Below, piece after piece: positions 55,989 to 64,000 of a stretch of 64,000 nucleotides of DNA; the stretch's first letter is position 1; each line of letters begins with the position of its first letter. The notes beneath the pieces are model-generated. The model saw only the letters and a list, made by a program, of their open reading frames with translations, was not told the DNA's origin and ran no database searches. The stretch spans positions 21,576,001 to 21,640,000 of the forward strand of contig OX597838.1 of assembly GCA_951406725.2 (NCBI GenBank), given 5' to 3'. The DNA is from Octopus vulgaris. Taxonomy: Eukaryota. A program made the translations under genes and the position numbers.

Positions 55989-56272
55989 ATGCGTTTTTTT
56001 AATTGCATGAACTAGAAGTCGGAAGGGGACGGGATAAACTACCTGCATCAACTTGCTATAAAAGCAGGTAAGTCATTTTGAAGGGTTTCGTCTGACAAAT
56101 CAACCCCATTACTTATTTCTTTTTAAAGTCTCATACTTATTTTCATTGTGTTTTTTTTTTGCTGAAATGCTAAGTTACGGCGACATAAATAAACCAGCAC
56201 CGGTTATCAAGTGGTAGTGGACGACAGACACAAACACAAAGATACATATATATTATATAATACATGCATATA

Positions 56273-56772
56273 CAGGTACACAATCCTTTATGCAGGGATC
56301 TAAAATTTGGAAAGCCTCAAACTCCGAACTTCTTGTGGAGGTCGGGGGCGCGTCATAACAAGGGTCGTTTGGTGCGCAAACAGCTGACCACCATGACCCG
56401 ACTCATTCAGGCATGACGTGGCAATGTTTGGCAGGTCGGCGTCTCTCTATAGAAATATTATGGTAATGTGTATACCTGTAATTGAGGACCGAGTATTTTT
56501 GTTTTAATGTATCATACTATATGTATTTTTTTTCATTTGTAATTTTAAATATCCCACTATTTCATTTCCCTGTATATTACTCTACAGGTATTTATTTTCC
56601 CCCACTGATTGTGAGAACCGTATACCTGTGCTTTTGTTACCGTTGTGGAATGTCTATTTTGATGACTAGTTTGCAATCAAGAGCAGCTGGCTTATGTTCT
56701 GAAGTCCGAAACAAATACGAAATTTAGAACGCAATTGTTCCCGAGGGCTCCGGACAAAGGACTGTGTACCTG
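56273..56772. mobile_element. 500-bp Tigger/pogo-like MITE
   Basis: TA-caggtacacaatcctttatgc ... ggacaaaggactgtgtacctg-TA; 21-bp TIR with 3 mismatches. Confidence 0.75.
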
Positions 56773-56958
56773 TATAAACCTGTATAAACATATACAGGTA
56801 TATATCCGAGTTTGTATGATTGTATTTAGGAGACTATATTCATCAATGAAATTCTAACTTAATCTGATTTCCATGTCTTATTATTAGAAATTTTTTACAA
56901 TCTTACAATTTTACAATATTGAAATAAACTAGTACTTTCATAAGTTACGCAATCATCA

Positions 56959-57015
<57 letters not shown>

Positions 57016-57172
57016 AGAAAAAAAAATCGGCAGAATTTTGGAAAACAGTCCTTTCCAAAATTCTGACGACTTTTTTTCTCAATATTCAATTTCTGTACAT
57101 CACACCTAACACTCAATACATACATACATACATACATACATACATACATACATACATACATACATACATACA

Positions 57173-57205
<33 letters not shown>

Positions 57206-57234
57206 GTGTGTGTGTGTAACTTTTATCTCTTGTG

Positions 57235-57610
57235 TTTTAATTGTTTCAGTCATTACACTGCGGCCACGCTGGGGCACCATCTTGAGAAATTTTAATTCAG
57301 TGAATCGATCTCAGTATTTACCTTTCTTTTTCTTTTAGTAAAAAGCCCATTACTTATTCTATCGGTCTCTGTTTGCATAACTGCAAGGTTACGGGGACAT
57401 AAACACACCAACACTATCACAAAGACACGCATTCCTCTTTCTCTATACATACATACATACATACATACATACATACATACATACATACATACATACATAG
57501 TTTCCGTCCGCCAAATCTACTGACAAAACTTTGGTCAGCCCGAGACACGCATTGGCACTGAACCCAGAATCACCTGGTTGGCCAGCAAGCTTCTTGCCAC
57601 ACGTGCCACA
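57235..57610 (-). mobile_element. SINE family A (old, diverged)
   Basis: Reverse complement similarity to both A modules with internal (CATA)n. Confidence 0.65.
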
Positions 57611-57664
57611 GGACCTCCCACGACTAGAAATCATATGCGAATGTATATATGCAAATATACAATA

Positions 57665-58025
57665 GGCGTCGGAGTGGCTGTGTGGTAAGTAGCTTGCTTA
57701 CCAACCACATGGTTCCGGGTTCAGTCCCACTGCATGGCACCTTGGGCAAGTGCCTTCTACTATAGCCTCGGGCCGACCAAAGCCCTTGTCAGTGGATTTG
57801 GTAGGTGGAAACTGAAAGAAGCCCATCGTATATATGTATATGTATATATATATGTGTGTGTGTTTGCATTTGACACCGATGCTGGTGTGTTTACGTCCCC
57901 GTCACCTAGCGGTTCAGCAAAAGAGACTGATAGAATAAGTACTAGGCTTACAAAGAATAAGTCATGGGGTCGATTTGCTCGACTAAAGGCGGTGCTCCAG
58001 TATGGCCGCTGACTGAAACAAATAA
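57665..58025 (+). mobile_element. SINE family A, full length
   Basis: Matches the A consensus. Confidence 0.9.
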
Positions 58026-58489
58026 AAAAAAATACACACACATACCACCACCACCACCACCACCACCACCCACAACAACAACAACAAGCTGAAAGTTCGA
58101 AGATTAATTAAAAAAAAACAACAAAAAACAATCAGAACAGTAACGATGACATAATTATTAAAATATTCATTAAAAAAAATAATTAAGTTAAAAGCAAGAT
58201 TATCAATGTTTTCTATATTTACCGCTAGAGGGCACGATGTGATGAGAAACTTGACGAAACCGATAAAGTTTTCTTGTTTATTTCTATGTTAGCTCTGAGC
58301 GAGTAGTCATACGAGGAAAAGTCAATCCATCCGTGACCGTTTCATCTGTTTTACAGGCATAGTGTATCGGTGTCTTCATTGTCCATTTAGTCCGGACTGT
58401 GCGAGCGAGTAGAGGGAAATTCGGCTGCTGTTTTTAACAAGGTCGAGCAACCAGAATGAAAATTCCTGGATGTAACAGGAAGAACTGGA

Positions 58490-59585
58490 GTGTGGAGGAG
58501 AGAGAGGGTGAGAGAGGGAAAGGATAGAGGAACGGAGAGGAAGGAGAATATGGAGAGGAAGGGAGGGGTAGCGAGCGAGAGAGAGAGACAGAGAAAGGGA
58601 GAGAGAAGCGGTGAGAGGTGGGAAAGAATGAAAGTAGGGAAAAAAGACAGAAAGGGGAAGGGAGAGAGTGAGAAAGTTGGACGGAGAGGAAGGAAGATAT
58701 AGAGAGAAAGAGAGGGATAACAAGAGAGAGGGAAAGAGGGGGATAACAAAAGAGAGGGAAAGAGAGGGGGAAAGTGGAAGGGAAAGATAGAGCGAGAGAG
58801 CGAGAGAGTGAGAGAGAGAGAGAGCGAGTGAGAGAGAGCGAAAGAGGAGTGAATGCGAGAGAGCGTCAGAGAGGGAGAGACAGACAAACAAGCAGACGAC
58901 CAGACATAGAGTGTGGGTGATATTAAGATAGCCAGAGAGTGAGAAGGAGGAGATAGAAACAGTTATAGAAGGAGGGGGGACATAAAGTGATAGAGAGAGA
59001 GAAGCAAAGAGTGAGGGAGAGATACAAAAATAAAAGAAATAACGTGAGAGACGGAGAGTTACTGAGAGAGCAAGAGAGAGAGAAAGAGAGGGAGATACAG
59101 AGATAGGGAGGGGGTAATATGGAGATCATAAGAGAGGGGTATATAGAGAAACTTGAGAAAGAGAGAGAGGGGGAGAAGATAGAGAGAGAGCAAAACAGAG
59201 AAGGGAAATAAAGATAGACTAAGAAATAGAGGGAGGGAGGGAGATATAGTGAAAGCCAGTGTGAGGGAATGGGTGCAGAAATAGGCGAAGAAAGAGAGTG
59301 AAAAAGACAGGGTGAAAGCGGGCGAGAGGGGAAGGGATACGTGACAGCCAGAGACACAAAGGGAGAGGGGTGTATGGAGATAAGAAGGGGAAGGGTTATA
59401 GTGAGAGAGAGAGCTAAAGAAAGACAGAAAGAGAGAGAGGGAGAGAGAGGGGGTAAGAGTTAAAGAGAAAGCAAGAGAGATAGAGGGAGGGGGAATATAT
59501 ATATGGAAAGAGGTAGAAAGACAGACGGAGAATGACTGAGATAATGTGTAGGGAGGGGGAATGAGGGAGGAAGGAGGCGGGGACA
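58490..59585. repeat. ~1.1-kb polypurine (GA-rich) low-complexity tract
   Basis: Directly visible. Confidence 0.9.
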
Positions 59586-59808
59586 GCAAACAAATGTCAC
59601 AAAGATGAACAGAAGAATTGTGTGAACGAGTAAAACGCACGCGCACGCGTGCACACAAACACACACAGACACACACACACACACACATACATACAGAGAA
59701 ATACCCCGAACACATGTACTGAAATGACCGCACATGTTCACACATACACACACCTACGAGTTAGTATGCACATATGCGTATGTGTATATTCACATATATA
59801 CATGCATA

Positions 59809-59848
<40 letters not shown>

Positions 59849-59880
59849 TACATATATAACAGCACACACACACATACACT

Positions 59881-59913
<33 letters not shown>

Positions 59914-60109
59914 GCACGCATACACAAGTTTTCGTTTTGCGCTCAGTTTATAATAACAATTTTACGCGAATCTCATGGCTTACGCATAGACTTCAAAATT
60001 ATTATTCTTATACAAGAATGTTGCTGACAGTGACTTCGAAGTTTTGGCCAGCTAAGCCGCTGACCACGTATAAGAATGTGTATATATATATATATATATA
60101 TTTGACGGA

Positions 60110-60150
60110 TACATAGATTGATAAATTGATAGGTAGAAAGAGAAGCAGAC

Positions 60151-60217
<67 letters not shown>

Positions 60218-60252
60218 TAGAGATAGATATAGAGATAGATAGATAGACAGAC

Positions 60253-60302
<50 letters not shown>

Positions 60303-60540
60303 CAGATTGACAGATAGACAGATTGATAGATAGATATGTAGATAGATAGATAGATAGATATGTAGATAGATAGATATAGAGATAGATAGATAGATAGATA
60401 GATAGATAGGCAGACGATAGATAGATAGATAGACAGACGATAGATAGATTGATAGGCAGATTGATAGATAGATAGATTGATAGATAGATAGACAGACAGA
60501 TAGACAGACAGACAGATAGATAGATAGACAGATAGATAGG
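60110..60540. repeat. (GATA)n compound microsatellite
   Basis: Directly visible. Confidence 0.9.
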
Positions 60541-60681
60541 CATACAAAGATGTATATGCGCTCACACGAATGCTTAAAGTTATATACATTTTATACAGAT
60601 AGATAACTTGTATGTGTGTGTGTGTGAGCGTGTGTGTAAATATATATATATATGTCTAGGTATGTGTGTAGATAGTTCTCG

Positions 60682-60723
<42 letters not shown>

Positions 60724-61069
60724 ACGCGTGTTTACATTCTGATCCAGCGCGAAACTTAACGCAAGCTGTACTCTCTATATAAGATAGAGAGCTATACGTG
60801 AGAGTGCGTACTCTAGTACTCTAATACCCCCCCTCTCTCTCTCTCTCCTGATCGATCGGTCTCTTTCTGTTTTCTGTACAAACGAATAATACAAGTACAT
60901 CTTGGATTCAGCCGCATTTTTTCGGTTTACGCTCTCAATGTTTCCACAAACCATTCACATTCATTCACTCACTGTTGGATTTAAGCAACAATATTACAAC
61001 CATTCACACGCACCACACGTTCTTATCTATGTCTGTATATGAATCGACTTGCGTGCATGCGTTAGTGAC

Positions 61070-61107
<38 letters not shown>

Positions 61108-61404
61108 GAGGAAGCCCTCTATATCACAGATATTCCTTATGTTACAGACAGGTTATTGTAAAACAAAAAACAAAAACAAAAATGCTATCGAATTACTGGG
61201 TCAATATAATGCTAACATGCTTTGGTTTATGGTTATGGAAAAGCGATCATAATAAGCGACTTCCACTGCTTAAACGAACACACAAAGCAACACTCACACA
61301 TACAGACAGACAGATACGCACACACACACGTGTATGTATGTATGTATGTATGTATGTATGTATGTATGTATGTATGTATGTATGTATGTATGTATGTATG
61401 TATG

Positions 61405-61459
<55 letters not shown>

Positions 61460-61697
61460 GTATAATATATAAACTATTATACGTATATATACGTATAATA
61501 GGAGGGATAAACAGATGGATAGAAATAGAAAGAGAAAGAGAGAGAGAGAGAGGAGAGGGAAAGAGAGAAGGAGAGAGAGAGAGAGAAGGAGAGAAAGACA
61601 GAGAGAGATAAGGTTGTATATATATATATACACACACACACATATATACATACATATATATATATGTATGTATATATATATATATGTGTGTGTGTGT

Positions 61698-61741
<44 letters not shown>

Positions 61742-61954
61742 CGACATAGATAGAGTGATAAATAGAGCGAGGGAGTGAAAAACAAAGTGATGGATATACA
61801 TGTATGTGTGTGTGTGTAGGAGACAAATACGATGTAATGCTGAAAACGAGTGCTCAATACAAAATGTAGAGCACCTGGCAAATTCAAAGATGAAAACTTT
61901 ACAAATGGTGACATCAAATTTCTCATTTACACACACACAACACACACACATAGA

Positions 61955-62004
<50 letters not shown>

Positions 62005-62280
62005 GAGGATTACATCAATTCTTATATATCAATTCAATATACAAATAGACTGCATCCCATCTAACAGCTGTTTCTGCTTCCAAAGTTGGAATGTATTGCC
62101 ATTGATATGCTTAAAATATTTATCATACTTGGTAATAAAACCGATCTGAAACGATGGAGCTTCATCAGAGGGAAGAATAGATATAAAAAAAGGAGGTGCA
62201 TGGAGAAGAAAAATGGAACAGATGAATATGGTTGCAATCATGCCATTTTGTTTGTGTTTCTGTTCGTGTGAGCGCGTGTG

Positions 62281-62321
<41 letters not shown>

Positions 62322-62374
62322 GGTCCCGGGTTGAGTCGGGGTTAACCACAGTAAATAAGGTACTCAATACATGG

Positions 62375-62448
62375 CATTCAAATGAAATCATCAGGAAGCT
62401 TCCTGATGATTTCATTTGAATGAAACAGTTCTAGTCTTGTAGAAGCTC
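62375..62448 (+). other. 48-bp perfect palindrome overlapping a degenerate hammerhead motif
   Basis: cattcaaatgaaatcatcaggaag|cttcctgatgatttcatttgaatg (62375-62422); agcttc-CTGATGA-...-GAAAC-...-GTA-gaagct. Confidence 0.7.
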
Positions 62449-62452
62449 CTTC

Positions 62453-62512
<60 letters not shown>

Positions 62513-62632
62513 GAGAGATAGAGAGAGGGGTGAGGGACAGACAGAGAGATAAAGAGAGGAAGGAAGAGTTCATGAGGGAGTTAGATAATGCTGGAATGCC
62601 AAATTGCACGAGGCAAATTGCGTTTTCTAATA

Positions 62633-62698
<66 letters not shown>

Positions 62699-62700
<2 letters not shown>

Positions 62701-62832
62701 TACGCGCACACGTACGGTTGTGATGCATGTGCCTGGTGTACCCTTATCAGACGGATAGTGATGATGGGTATACTGGGCTTTGTATATTTGTACCCCAGTG
62801 TCACTTTGATGTCATGCACTGATCTCTCACTC
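62699..62832 (+). mobile_element. Short unique insert inside (TAA)n, probable retrotransposon 3' end
   Basis: Flanked on both sides by long (TAA)n; the element identity is inferred. Confidence 0.5.
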
Positions 62833-62915
<83 letters not shown>

Positions 62916-63128
62916 CAATAATAAGAATGATGATGATGATAATGATAATAATTGTTTCTTTTTTACCATATCAAACTTTTGCTTTTGTTCAATCCGTCCA
63001 TTAAAATGCCTCGCTAGAAGTAAACGTTACATGTAAGACAGTGACATACAGAACTCGATAGATGCAGACGACAGACAACAGACAACAGACGGAGACAGAC
63101 AGATAGACTAACAGGTAAATTAACAAGT

Positions 63129-63298
63129 ATATTCTGTTGGGTCTGGGGGAGAGTCATTTTCTTTTTGTGACTTATAATTTAACACACTCACCGGTAATAA
63201 AAATAAGAAACAAGTGGACATTTTACCGGTGAGTGTGTGTTAAATTATAAGGCACAAAAAGAAAATGACTCTCCCCCCCCCCAGACACAACTGAATAT
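63129..63298. repeat. Foldback inverted repeat, ~70-bp arms with 25-bp spacer
   Basis: gtctgggggagagtcattttctttttgtgacttataatttaacacactcaccggtaa versus its reverse complement at 63223-63298. Confidence 0.9.
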
Positions 63299-63373
63299 GC
63301 TTCAACACATGAACTCATATAAAAGAATCTTGCAAACCAAATTCAAAAACAAAACAGGTATATATATATATAT

Positions 63374-63509
<136 letters not shown>

Positions 63510-63550
63510 TGTATATATAGATCGTATATAATTTACCAGAGTTGCAAACC

Positions 63551-63603
<53 letters not shown>

Positions 63604-64000
63604 ATTAGACATGTATATATAGATGCGTATATGGGAACTTACCGGAGTTACAGGTTTTCACGTGTAAAGATATCTCCGCCGGTGGTAAAAACAGACCTTG
63701 ATCGGCGCTTTCCTTTCTGCATAAGGTATGTACGTGTGCGTGCGTGTCTGTGTGTGTTTGTGTGTGCGTGTGTGTGTGTTTGTGTGCGTGAGCGCGTGTG
63801 TGTATTCTATTATATTATATATTATATTCGCTATACATATCTTGACGCCCTGTGTGAACTTGTATCTGTTTGTTAGTGTGATCTATATATATTTGTGTGC
63901 ATATACTGGTCACGTATAAAGTGTGTATGTGTGTGTGTTTATGATATATATCGTGTCACCCACTATTTTTTTTCTTCGTTTCTTCCACCGGTTAATCTTA

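Noticed and set aside
62140-62180. CTGATGA on the minus strand near GAAAC
   Set aside because: The two core halves are on opposite strands

Overview
Eukaryotic non-coding DNA, AT-rich and saturated with microsatellites ((TA)n, (CA)n, (GA)n, (TATG)n, (TCTA)n, (TAA)n, (CAT)n, (CAC)n). The repeat landscape and SINE families look like a coleoid cephalopod, probably Octopus; this is inferred from sequence style, not verified. I find no intact host gene, rRNA, true tRNA or CRISPR array, and almost all ORF-track entries are microsatellite translation artefacts. The window holds about 45 copies or fragments of at least four tRNA-headed SINE families. My labels are A (internal microsatellite), B (Deu/Nin-like domain), C (Meta-like domain with three different tails) and D. 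It also holds a Tx1/L1-type LINE 3' end, an RLE-clade (R4/Dong-like) reverse-transcriptase relic, Tc1 and mariner relics, and several MITEs. The most notable signals are: (1) about a dozen dispersed minimal type-I hammerhead ribozyme motifs of the Penelope-associated kind, some with intact cores and some with recurrent core variants; (2) a 98-bp x ~7 minisatellite born inside reverse-transcriptase coding sequence; (3) a Tc1 element whose deleted internal segment sits outside its own TIR behind a duplicated flank; (4) modular head/tail swapping and multimerisation among SINEs; (5) closely spaced inverted repeats that could be dsRNA/ADAR substrates.
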